From Vicinamibacteria bacterium (GTDB lineage Bacteria > Acidobacteriota > Vicinamibacteria > Fen-336 > JAGNNV01): a DNA stretch of 30,616 nt. The stretch lies in NCBI GenBank assembly GCA_039916365.1, contig JBDSLN010000240.1:1-30616 (forward strand), written 5' to 3'. Under the pieces are notes generated by a model. It was not told the DNA's origin. It saw nothing but the letters and a program-made list of their open reading frames with translations, and did no database searches. The translations under genes were made by a program, and so were the position numbers. Positions 1 to 8,600 of the stretch are shown here, one piece after another (the stretch's first letter is position 1; the number at the start of each line of letters is the position of its first letter).

Positions 1-394
1 CGCGATCGCCACGACTGCCCGCTTCGAGATCGAATTCCAGGTTGGTGTACGAAGCGGCGATCTCCGCGACGTGCGCGGCGATCTGGGGTGAAAGAGGTGC
101 CCGGCCGAGATTCGTGTGCACGACCACGCCGGTGGCGTTGATCACGCGGCGCAAGGAAAGCGCGGACGCCTGGTCGGCGCGAGCCACGATTCGTGACTCG
201 ATGGACTCTAGGGCGCGATCGAACGCAGCCGTGTCGGAATGGGTGGCAAGCGCGCGCAAGTCCGCGACTTCGGTTTGCATCACACGTTCCACCAACGCAC
301 GTCCGCGCTGTTCCGCGGCCGCTTTGACCGCGGGTCGATCCAGCAGGCGGGAGATCTGTGGAATGCGACGGCGAAGGTCTTCAGTGGGCTCCAT
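1..394 (-). CDS. selA: L-seryl-tRNA(Sec) selenium transferase, 5' part (runs off the left edge)
   Basis: Manual translation from ATG at 394: MEPTEDLRRRIPQISRLLDRP...SLRRVINATGVVVHTNLGRAPLSPQIAAHVAEIAASYTNLEFDLEAGSRGDR. The RRVINATGVVxHTNLGRAPL and YxNLEFDLxxGxRGxR segments are typical of the SelA N-terminus. Absent from the ORF track because the stop lies outside the window. Confidence 0.95.
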   Translation of the reverse strand, partial: MEPTEDLRRRIPQISRLLDRPAVKAAAEQRGRALVERVMQTEVADLRALATHSDTAAFDRALESIESRIVARADQASALSLRRVINATGVVVHTNLGRAPLSPQIAAHVAEIAASYTNLEFDLEAGSRGDR

Positions 395-450
395 GGGAAG
401 GCTTCGATCTTAGTGTCGGCTCGAAGACCGCCGTGAGTCGTGAGTCGAAC

Positions 451-2133
451 TCATCGTGCAACGAGTTCGTAGACGACATCGGTGTCGATGTCGCCCCGGC
501 CGCTGTTCACGAAGCGAATCACCTCTCGCACCTTATCCTTCGTCTCCGCGAGTCGCGCTTCCAGCCGCTCTCGCTGATTCGGTCCGTAGCCACGCAGATG
601 GACCACGATGAATCGGGTCTTCGCTTCCCGCAAAACATCCAGGGCTTCGGCGTCGGGAAAGGACGGCGCGGTCGCGCGGAAGCGCTGAATGAGCGGCGTC
701 TCGGCTCCCGCGAATCCGTTGACCAGCGGCTGCCAATGCAGGGTCGACCAGACCATGTAGATGCTGTCGTGAAACGCAGGGCGGCTGTAGTCGGAAGCCA
801 GACGCGCTGGAAGTTCGGCGACGACACTTCCAGGCGGCTGGGTCTTGAGCCAGGGATAGACGGCAGGCGGCGGCTGGCGCGAATCGATCACGTTGGTCCA
901 GGGAGGAGCGGGGATCGGCGCGATTCTCGCTTCGATCAGGAACGCGCCAAGTCCCAGCACGGCCATCAAGCCCGGACGACGCATCGCGTTGAGCGCGTAG
1001 CCCGCGAGAACTGCCAGCGCGAAGGCGAAGAAGATGCCCGCGCGGCTCGTGGCCCGGATGTTCGAGAACACCGAGATGGAGTCGCGCAGCCACCCGAAAG
1101 GGCCAGGCATCAAAGCCTGGCCCTGGAGACGAATCTCCGGTCCAAGTGCGAGCAGCGCGGCCGAGACGCACAGCAACGCCAGCACACCCACGAAACGCCG
1201 CGACGTGTCCGACCGCGTCATCCACACGCCCATCATGGCCAGGATCAGGACAGTCAGCCCGGGAAACAGATTGCTCGGGTCGCCCCGAAAACTCTCCGTG
1301 AGGTCACCCCACACCTTGTTCCAACGGTTGGCGGCAACAAACGTCTCAATCGACGCGGCGTATTTAAGCGTGTCCGCGGTTGAGCGCTCAAAACTCAACG
1401 GCCCGAGCGCTTGCTTTGTAAGGGCATACAGCGGGTAGAGGAAGACCGATGCGGTCGCGACGACCAGCACTCCCTTGGAAAGAATCGCCTTCCACTGCGG
1501 CGTCAACAAAAAAGGGACCAACGAAATCGGGAGCAGCACCGCGAAGAACAAGCCGTGATAGCCACAGGCCAGGAACGAGAGGGCGAAAAAGAAACCGGTG
1601 CGCACCGCGTCCACCAGGGAAGGTTGAAGACAAAATCGCCGCGCGAAGAGATAGACGAGGGGAATCCACTGCGTCCCCAGCGTGGAGAGATGCGCCACCT
1701 GATCCACCCGGATCGGTGAGAACGCAAAAAACGCGCCCGTCACGAGCGCCGCGCTGTTCTGAAACTCCAGGTCCCGCGCCAGGCGCCACGTGAACAGTCC
1801 GGTGAGAATCCAGGTCAGCAGCCGCGCGACGTTCAGGAGAAGGATCGCGTCATCGGTGAACCACGAGAGAGGAAGGACAAGCAGGCCGGTGCCGAGAATC
1901 GGCTCGTCCATGAAGAAGGTGAAGCGGCCGGGCGCGTAGAAGTTCCCGTGGGGGAGCGACCCAGGGTCCGTCTTCAATGCGTGGATCTGCCAGCCGACCG
2001 CCCAGGTGAAATACGCGGAGTCGCCCGCGTCCATCACACGCAGGCGAAAGGCGAACGGCCACGTCATGGCCACGGTCAGCAGGGTGAAGAGGGCCAGTGC
2101 CGCTCCCCACTCTTTAGCGCTCGGCCGGATCAC
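451..2133 (-). CDS. Polytopic membrane protein, putative GT-C-fold glycosyltransferase (YfhO-like)
   Basis: 560 aa, many hydrophobic segments. An acidic motif in the first external loop (DAGDSAYFTW...MDEP) and a C-terminal soluble domain (YMVWSTLHWQPLVNGFAG) give the GT-C architecture. Confidence 0.7.
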   Translation of the reverse strand: MIRPSAKEWGAALALFTLLTVAMTWPFAFRLRVMDAGDSAYFTWAVGWQIHALKTDPGSLPHGNFYAPGRFTFFMDEPILGTGLLVLPLSWFTDDAILLLNVARLLTWILTGLFTWRLARDLEFQNSAALVTGAFFAFSPIRVDQVAHLSTLGTQWIPLVYLFARRFCLQPSLVDAVRTGFFFALSFLACGYHGLFFAVLLPISLVPFLLTPQWKAILSKGVLVVATASVFLYPLYALTKQALGPLSFERSTADTLKYAASIETFVAANRWNKVWGDLTESFRGDPSNLFPGLTVLILAMMGVWMTRSDTSRRFVGVLALLCVSAALLALGPEIRLQGQALMPGPFGWLRDSISVFSNIRATSRAGIFFAFALAVLAGYALNAMRRPGLMAVLGLGAFLIEARIAPIPAPPWTNVIDSRQPPPAVYPWLKTQPPGSVVAELPARLASDYSRPAFHDSIYMVWSTLHWQPLVNGFAGAETPLIQRFRATAPSFPDAEALDVLREAKTRFIVVHLRGYGPNQRERLEARLAETKDKVREVIRFVNSGRGDIDTDVVYELVAR

Positions 2134-2142
2134 GCGCGCTTC

Positions 2143-2454
2143 TTAGGATGAGATCTTGAGCTTGTCGCTGCCGCGCAGCCTCTCGTAGGCACGCACGAGA
2201 AAGAACACGACCACCGCGATGATCAAGAAGTCGAACGAGGTCTGGATGAAGTTGCCGTACTTGAAGGTGGACTCACCGACCTTGAGAACCAGATCCTTGA
2301 AGCTGACCCCTCCCAGGATCACGCCGACAAGCGGCATCACCATGTCGTCCACCAGCGAGGTGACGATCTTGCCGAAGGCCCCCCCGATGACGACCGCGAC
2401 CGCCAGCTCGACCACGTTTCCACGTTGCAGAAACGCTTTGAAATCTTCGACCAT
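2143..2454 (-). CDS. mscL: Large-conductance mechanosensitive channel (short, 103 aa)
   Basis: FKAFLQRGNVVELAVAVVIGGAFGKIVTSLVDDMVMP and YGNFIQTSFDFLIIAVVVFFLV match the MscL TM1/TM2 signatures. GAGGAGG Shine-Dalgarno upstream. Confidence 0.95.
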   Translation of the reverse strand: MVEDFKAFLQRGNVVELAVAVVIGGAFGKIVTSLVDDMVMPLVGVILGGVSFKDLVLKVGESTFKYGNFIQTSFDFLIIAVVVFFLVRAYERLRGSDKLKISS

Positions 2455-2527
2455 GTCCTTCGCCCTCCTCGGCTCAGACCAGCCTAGGTCTGCGTCTTAT
2501 CGCGCGTCAAATCTGTAGACTCGTCAT

Positions 2528-3601
2528 GTGACCGAAACCTTGCCGACCGCTCTCGTCACGGGGTTTCCCGGCTTCATCGGCGAACGCCTGCTGCCAAGGC
2601 TCCTGGAGTTGCATCCACGAACGGAGTTCTTCTGCCTCGTGCAGGCACGCTTTAAGGATCAGGCGCTGAAGGCGCTGCAGCGCCTTGGCCTCCCCCCAGG
2701 CCGCGCGCGCCTCGTCGAAGGCGACATCACGCTCGACGCTCTCGGCATCACGCCCGCCGAACGGGAAACCATCCTGGGTCGGCTCGATGCGGTCTTCCAC
2801 CTCGCTGCGGTCTACGACCTCGCGGTGAAGCCGGAGTTCGCGCATCGCGTGAACGTGATCGGCACGCGGAACATGATCGCGTTCGCGAAAGCTGCGCCAG
2901 GCTTCAAGCGATTCCATCACGTTTCCACCGCTTACGTCTCGGGGACGTTCGAGGGCACGTTCCGCGAGACCGACCTCAACCGCGGCCAGAGCTTCAAGAA
3001 TCACTACGAGCACACGAAGTTCGAATCCGAGCACGATGTGGTGTCGAGCGGCCTGCCCTACACGGTCTACCGTCCCGGCGTCGTGTGGGGCGATTCCAAG
3101 ACCGGCGAGACCGCGAAGTTTGATGGACCGTACGGCGTCATGGTTGCGATGGAGAGACTCCCGTTCGTCTTTCTTGACGGACCGAGTGGCGCCACCATGA
3201 ACGTGGTGCCGGTCGACTACGTCATTGAAGGACTAGCGCTCCTTTCTGCTTCGCCGATCAGTCTTGGCAAGACCTACAACCTGACAGATCCGCAAGGTAA
3301 GGACGTCCGAACCCTCACCCGGCTGATCGCGAAGGCGCTAGGACGTTCGTACGTGTACGTCCCGGTGCCGCTTGTGCTGGTTCGCCAGGCCGTTTCGATC
3401 CCCGGCATCGGGTCAACCCTTGGGCTGATTCCGGAATCGATCGTTTATTTCGGGCATCGCTGCCACTACGACGCCACCCAGGCGAAGACCGATCTCGCGT
3501 CCCTGGGCCTCACCTGTCCGCCCGTCGAGGCCTATGTGGACGTCATCGTGAAGTTCTGGCGCGAAAACCGCGATCGGGTGCGCAAGACGGCCATGGTGTG
3601 A
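2528..3601 (+). CDS. Extended SDR oxidoreductase (NAD-dependent epimerase / thioester-reductase-like)
   Basis: Rossmann motif LVTGFPGFIG, HLAAVYD, VSTAYVSG, catalytic YEHTK (YxxxK), RPGVVWGDSKTG. Confidence 0.85.
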   Translation: MTETLPTALVTGFPGFIGERLLPRLLELHPRTEFFCLVQARFKDQALKALQRLGLPPGRARLVEGDITLDALGITPAERETILGRLDAVFHLAAVYDLAVKPEFAHRVNVIGTRNMIAFAKAAPGFKRFHHVSTAYVSGTFEGTFRETDLNRGQSFKNHYEHTKFESEHDVVSSGLPYTVYRPGVVWGDSKTGETAKFDGPYGVMVAMERLPFVFLDGPSGATMNVVPVDYVIEGLALLSASPISLGKTYNLTDPQGKDVRTLTRLIAKALGRSYVYVPVPLVLVRQAVSIPGIGSTLGLIPESIVYFGHRCHYDATQAKTDLASLGLTCPPVEAYVDVIVKFWRENRDRVRKTAMV

Positions 3602-3611
3602 GTCCGCGTTC

Positions 3612-5450
3612 TTGATAGCACTTCTCGTCCTTGCTTCGGTTTGCTTCGCCGGTTCGCTGCTCGCCTGTCGCCTTGATCGGAACGGAGCCCGGCTCGCGGA
3701 TGCGCTGGCCCTCGGCGCAACCCTGGGCCTGGCCCTCTTCGCGGCCACGGGCTTCGTGCTTGGCTGGATCGCCGGACTCACGCCGTTCACCGTTTTGTGC
3801 GCCGCCCTGATCGCGATCGGTGTTTGCGTCTTTGGCGGAGTGCCGTTCGCGGTTCTGAGGGGAAGGAACACCAAAGCGCCACCCTTGGCCGTCTGGATGT
3901 TGATGGCGGTCAGCTCGATCCTGATTGTCCGGCTCGCGGATCGAACCGTCTTCGAGACATCGACCGGCGCCATTGCCACAGCGGATCGTCATAACTTTGG
4001 CGACCTTCCGTTCCATATGAGCATCGCGGCCGGGTTCGCATACGGCGACAATTTCCCGCCCCAGCATCCCGAGCTTTCCGGGGTATCTCTCACCTATCCG
4101 TTCTTCGGCAACGTGATCGCGGGAATGATTCTGGTTCTCGGCGGAAGCTTCCGCGATGCGTTCTTCTGGCCCGCACTGATCCTCGGCCTGAGTGTCGTGG
4201 CGGCACTCGTCCGTTTTGGCGAAGCGGTCACGGGATCAAGGTCCGTCGGCCGCGCCGCCGCGGCCATGACGTTTTTCTCCGGCGGGCTTGGATTCTTGAA
4301 ACTCACGAGTCAGGCGGCGCTTCAGCAGTGGTGGACCAGCGGTCCCGATCTGACCATCGACGATGCGGGGACGCGCTACGCGAACTTCGTCACGACCATG
4401 TTCATTCCGCAAAGATCCATCCTTTTCGGATGGCCGCTTCTTTTCTTCGCCCTTGCCCTGGTGATCGAGAGTCGTCGGTTGGACGTCGCGGAGCCGGCCG
4501 AGCGGGTGCGCCTTTGGACTTGCGCTGGAATCATCGGTTCCCTGCTTCCTCTGGTCCACGCTCACTCGTTCGCGGTGCTGTCGTTCTGCGTGGTGATGCT
4601 TGGGGCCTACACCGATTGGAAACTGATCTTCCGTTTCGCGGCCGGCGTCTTGCCGCTCGCTCTGCCCGCAGTCATTTTCATGGCGACACGAAACTCTCTT
4701 TCGACCAGCAAGTTCTTCGGGTGGCAACCGGGCTTCGACGGGGGCCATGACCACATTCTTAATTACTGGATGATGAACGCCGGTCTCTTTCTTCCCCTCG
4801 TCATCATTGGCCTGGCACGCGCCCGCGACGCCTCAGTGAGTGCCCCGCTCGCCGCGCCTTTTGCGTCGCTTTTCATCCTGGCGAATCTGTTCCGGCTCTC
4901 TCCGTGGATCTGGGACAACATGAAGTTCCTTGCCCCCGCACACGCGGGCCTAGCGCCCTTCGCCGCCCTCGCGCTGGCCTTCCTCTGGCGTCATGGCAAC
5001 GCAGGCCGGGCCGCGGCCTCGGTGGTTTTCGCGGCGACGATCGCCTCCGGATTGCTGGATGTCTCGAAGGTGGCGCTCGCCGGCGGCGAATTCCAGATCT
5101 TCAGCAGCGACGATCTGGCCTTCGCGGAGAAGGTCCGCGCCGCGACTCCGGCTGACACCGTGATCCTCACCGCACCCACTCACAATCACCCGGTTCTCCT
5201 GTCGGGACGCCGCCTCTTCTACGGCTATGAAGGACATCTCTGGTCTCAAGGCCTCACCTACGTTGACCGAAGGGCGGCCGCAGAAAGCATGCTGCGCGGC
5301 CAACGTCCGATCACCGATGAAGTCCAGGGCATCCGGATTGGAGCGGTGGCGGTGACCTCGGCTGAAGGCCCGCAGGTTCTTGATCCACGGGCTATCGAGG
5401 GGCTTCCATCCCTGGTCGATTCCCCCTATCGTCTCTTGAAAGTTCGATGA
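3612..5450 (+). CDS. Polytopic membrane protein, putative GT-C glycosyltransferase
   Basis: 612 aa, many TM segments. External-loop motif NFGDLPFHMSIAAGFAYGDNFPPQHPELSGVSLTYPFF and a C-terminal soluble domain (LLSGRRLFYGYEGHLWSQG). TTG start uncertain. Confidence 0.65.
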   Translation: MIALLVLASVCFAGSLLACRLDRNGARLADALALGATLGLALFAATGFVLGWIAGLTPFTVLCAALIAIGVCVFGGVPFAVLRGRNTKAPPLAVWMLMAVSSILIVRLADRTVFETSTGAIATADRHNFGDLPFHMSIAAGFAYGDNFPPQHPELSGVSLTYPFFGNVIAGMILVLGGSFRDAFFWPALILGLSVVAALVRFGEAVTGSRSVGRAAAAMTFFSGGLGFLKLTSQAALQQWWTSGPDLTIDDAGTRYANFVTTMFIPQRSILFGWPLLFFALALVIESRRLDVAEPAERVRLWTCAGIIGSLLPLVHAHSFAVLSFCVVMLGAYTDWKLIFRFAAGVLPLALPAVIFMATRNSLSTSKFFGWQPGFDGGHDHILNYWMMNAGLFLPLVIIGLARARDASVSAPLAAPFASLFILANLFRLSPWIWDNMKFLAPAHAGLAPFAALALAFLWRHGNAGRAAASVVFAATIASGLLDVSKVALAGGEFQIFSSDDLAFAEKVRAATPADTVILTAPTHNHPVLLSGRRLFYGYEGHLWSQGLTYVDRRAAAESMLRGQRPITDEVQGIRIGAVAVTSAEGPQVLDPRAIEGLPSLVDSPYRLLKVR

Positions 5451-6925
5451 AGCGCTTTTCGAAGTCCGACGCGATCGCCCTCACGATCCTTGCCGTTGCC
5501 ATCGCCTTTCGTTTCCAGGACCTCAGCCTGCGCCCTTTCCACCATGACGAGGGCGTGAACGGATTCTTCCTGACGCGACTGTGGCGCGAAGGCGCCTACA
5601 AGTACGACCCCGGCAACTATCACGGCCCGTCGCTCTACTACCTCACCCTGCCCCTCGTCGCCATTCTGGGGCTGTCGGATGCGGCTCTTCGCGGCACGAC
5701 GGCAGTGTTCGGCACGTTCACCCTGATCGTACTCTGGCGATTTCTCTCGCCCGCCGGGTCGCTTTTTGCTGTGGGAGCAATAGCGTTGATGGCGACGTCG
5801 CCCAGTGCTGTCTTCTACTCGCGCTACTTCATCCACGAGACTCTCTTCGTCGCCTTCACTCTGTGTGCGATCGCGGCGGCGCCTTTGGGCGAGGGCCGCC
5901 ACCAACGATGGCGGTTCATAGCCACGGGGCTCGCCCTCGGCCTGCTCTTCGCCACCAAAGAGACGGCGTTTGTTTCCGCGGGCGCCGTCGTCGCGGGCGC
6001 GGTCATGTCAGCCTGGCTCGTTCAGGGCCGTTCCCCGCTGGCCGTTGCACGCCGGGTGGGACCGCATTGTCGGGAGCACGCCGAGAACATCCTCCATGGG
6101 TCCTTGACCTTCGTCACCACCGCCTCGCTCCTTTACTCCTCGTTCTTCCGCAATCCGGTCGGCGTGATGGACGCCTTCCGCACCTTTGCCTTCTGGACGA
6201 AGACGGCGGTGCGCGACCATGAGAATCCGTGGAACCAGCATTTCCTCTGGCTGAAGGAAGCAGATCCTGCACTTTTCTATGTCGGCTTCGCGGGAGTGGT
6301 CCTCGCGCTGATTCTGCGCCGTTCCTTTGTGGGCGTGATGACTTCGGTGTGGACCATCCTGCTTTTCTTCGCTTACACCGTGGTGAAGTACAAGACCCCC
6401 TGGCTCGGGCTCAACATGCTCTTGCCGCTTTCGATCGCGAGTGGCTACTTGTTCGAGGAACTCGGACGCATCAACTTCCTGTCCGGACGCCTCTCGATGA
6501 AGCCCGTCGCCGCCCTTCTCATCGCCACGGCGGTGGGCCTGTCCGCGACCAAGAGCCACGAACTCGAAGCGGTGAAGTACGACGACGAGACGCATCCCTA
6601 CATCTACGCGCACACGCAGCGTTCCTTCTTTGAGTTGCTGAAGCAGGTCGATACCCACGCCAACGCCATCGGGAAGGGCAAGACGGCGGGCATCGCGATC
6701 TTCGCGCCGGAAAACTGGCCTCTTGCGTGGTACCTGCGGGAATACCCAAACGCGGGCTACTGGGGCGAGTTCAAGGACGAAGTGAATGTGGACATGTACA
6801 TCACAAACGTCGCCCAGGAGCCGCAGATGAAGGCGAAACTTGGTGACGCCTATGACCGCGTCGGTCCTTACAACATGCGGGGCGTGGTCGACCTGGTGCT
6901 CTACTCGAAGAAGGTCGCGCAGTGA
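5447..6925 (+). CDS. TIGR03663 / Agl23-like PMT-type GT-C membrane protein
   Basis: LSLRPFHHDEG, YKYDPGNYHGPSLYY, FYSRYFIHE, LFATKETAF and KYKTPW are characteristic of this family. ATGA overlap with the upstream gene. Confidence 0.8.
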   Translation: MKRFSKSDAIALTILAVAIAFRFQDLSLRPFHHDEGVNGFFLTRLWREGAYKYDPGNYHGPSLYYLTLPLVAILGLSDAALRGTTAVFGTFTLIVLWRFLSPAGSLFAVGAIALMATSPSAVFYSRYFIHETLFVAFTLCAIAAAPLGEGRHQRWRFIATGLALGLLFATKETAFVSAGAVVAGAVMSAWLVQGRSPLAVARRVGPHCREHAENILHGSLTFVTTASLLYSSFFRNPVGVMDAFRTFAFWTKTAVRDHENPWNQHFLWLKEADPALFYVGFAGVVLALILRRSFVGVMTSVWTILLFFAYTVVKYKTPWLGLNMLLPLSIASGYLFEELGRINFLSGRLSMKPVAALLIATAVGLSATKSHELEAVKYDDETHPYIYAHTQRSFFELLKQVDTHANAIGKGKTAGIAIFAPENWPLAWYLREYPNAGYWGEFKDEVNVDMYITNVAQEPQMKAKLGDAYDRVGPYNMRGVVDLVLYSKKVAQ

Positions 6926-6933
6926 GATTCTTG

Positions 6934-8397
6934 CTAGGGCTTTGATCCACCCGCGGAGGGCGCCGTCGCGGAAACAGGAGCGGTGATGTCCCGGCGGAAT
7001 CGCGCGATGGGCGCAGTGTTGTCGAAGAGAATGCGATCACCTTTGTCGGCCTTGACGCCAAGGGAAGCCCAGATGGCTCCGAGATCGGGCGTCACGGCGC
7101 GCGTGGACCATTCGTCGTAGGTGTCGCGGAGGACGGTGGTGCCGGTCGCCGACTCTGCCATAGAGCCGAGCCGAGCCAGATCCCATCGAACGGCGACGTT
7201 GCCCCCGTTGTTCATGACCGCGCGAAGGACATCGTCGAGAGAACGCCGGCCATCGGTGCGGCGGCGAATGTCAAGGTCGACCTGAAACCAGAAGAGCGCT
7301 CCACCCCAGTAGGTGCGCCCCCAGCTGGCGGTTCGATCGAGACCGGCGTCGCCTTCCTTGGGCAAACCTTGCGGCATGGCGCGCAGGAACTCGCCCCACA
7401 TCTGAGTGGCGTCGTAGCGGCCGCGGCGGGCGCGCAGGAGCGGCTCCAGATAGGTCGACAACCCTTCCTCCATCCAGCGCTGCCGGAAGCCAAGGTTGGG
7501 AAGGGCCACATGCAGCATCTCGTGCGTCATCACCCAGTCACGCAGGAGATCCGCTTTGCGTGTCCGCTCCCCCACCACCACGAAGATCGAGGCCCCGCCC
7601 ATCCCCATGGTGACCGCGGAACCGATGGCGTAAGGGCCGCCCTGGCCCACGATGATCTGGAGGCGGGGGAGCGGCAGGCGGCCGAGTAACGAGGTGACAT
7701 CGAGCGCGCCTTCGCGCACCCAGGCCACGATGTCGTCCTCCGTCACGCCGTGCGGACCCGGGCCGATCGCGACGTCGATTCGGCCACCGGGCAGTTCGAT
7801 TGTGCGGTGAGCGAAATCTCCGAGAACGACGTGGGGTCCATCGATCATCATCAGGTCCGTCTCGATGTGGTTGATGCGACCGTCGGTAACGCCCGAGACG
7901 AGCTCGAAGCCCTTGCCTCCATCAAAGTCGATGCGCAGACGACCCCGCGCGCGACGGTCCTCGGGACGCACCAGCCAGCGAACGAGGGGGGCCATCACGA
8001 TCCGTTGCCGTTCTTCGAATCCCCAATCGCCCCTCTTGTCGGAAGCGATTCCCTCTCCAAAGTCAACCACGTAAGTCAGGCGGCACCCATCGTGCGCGCA
8101 CATGGCGGCCCACTCTGGGTTCTCGGCAATGAGACCAGGGGACGTCGCATCCATACCCAGCTTCGCGATCGTTCGCGCGGAAATGATCGAGGCTTCATCG
8201 CGCGGGAAGCGTGGCCGTAACCCGGAGGGCCAGGCCACGTCCACTTTGAAGGTCCGTTTGACCTTATCCGCGGTCGCCTTGACCTCGATCAGAGGCTCAA
8301 GGCCGACCGCCGCGGGAGCCGGCGGCGCGGACGGGGCAGAGAGTCCCGACTCGAGCGCAAGTAGCCCGAACGCAGACGCGAAACGCGCAAGTCTCAT
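6934..8397 (-). CDS. Secreted gluzincin metallopeptidase (M61 / M1-like)
   Basis: THEMLH (HExxH) followed by WMEEGLSTY, and RTYWGGALFW. Signal-peptide-like N-terminus from ATG 8397 (MRLARFASAFGLLAL); alternative ATG at 8427. Confidence 0.75.
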   Translation of the reverse strand: MRLARFASAFGLLALESGLSAPSAPPAPAAVGLEPLIEVKATADKVKRTFKVDVAWPSGLRPRFPRDEASIISARTIAKLGMDATSPGLIAENPEWAAMCAHDGCRLTYVVDFGEGIASDKRGDWGFEERQRIVMAPLVRWLVRPEDRRARGRLRIDFDGGKGFELVSGVTDGRINHIETDLMMIDGPHVVLGDFAHRTIELPGGRIDVAIGPGPHGVTEDDIVAWVREGALDVTSLLGRLPLPRLQIIVGQGGPYAIGSAVTMGMGGASIFVVVGERTRKADLLRDWVMTHEMLHVALPNLGFRQRWMEEGLSTYLEPLLRARRGRYDATQMWGEFLRAMPQGLPKEGDAGLDRTASWGRTYWGGALFWFQVDLDIRRRTDGRRSLDDVLRAVMNNGGNVAVRWDLARLGSMAESATGTTVLRDTYDEWSTRAVTPDLGAIWASLGVKADKGDRILFDNTAPIARFRRDITAPVSATAPSAGGSKP

Positions 8398-8538
8398 CGC
8401 ACCGGTGACGGTACCACGCGGTTCCATTGCGGCGCGGCGAACCGTCTTTCGACAAAGGCAAATCTACAAAAGTGTGATTGGGCGCTTTTTCCGTGGCATT
8501 TCACTGTGGTTTGGGACGGAATCGTCGCAGATTGGACG

Positions 8539-8554
8539 CGGCACACCTCTTGCT
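8539..8554 (+). promoter_or_regulatory. Putative sigma54 (-24/-12) promoter
   Basis: CGGCACACCTCTTGCT: GG at 8540-8541, exactly 10 nt, GC at 8552-8553, close to the consensus TGGCAC-N5-TTGC. Lies 47 nt upstream of ATG 8601. Confidence 0.6.
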
Positions 8555-8600
8555 CAGTCACGCTCTGGAGAACTACATCGGTTCAATCGAAAGAGAAAAT

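Noticed and set aside
8457-8500. GGCAAA resembling the start of a c-di-GMP-I riboswitch
   Set aside because: The following GNRA-capped stem and second GCAAA-type element are not present.
8478-8600. Longer N-termini in the ORF track for the repeat protein (8478), M4 protease (11749) and exported protein (17898)
   Set aside because: Downstream starts give proper signal peptides or stop-start overlaps; the extensions cover promoter DNA or another gene.
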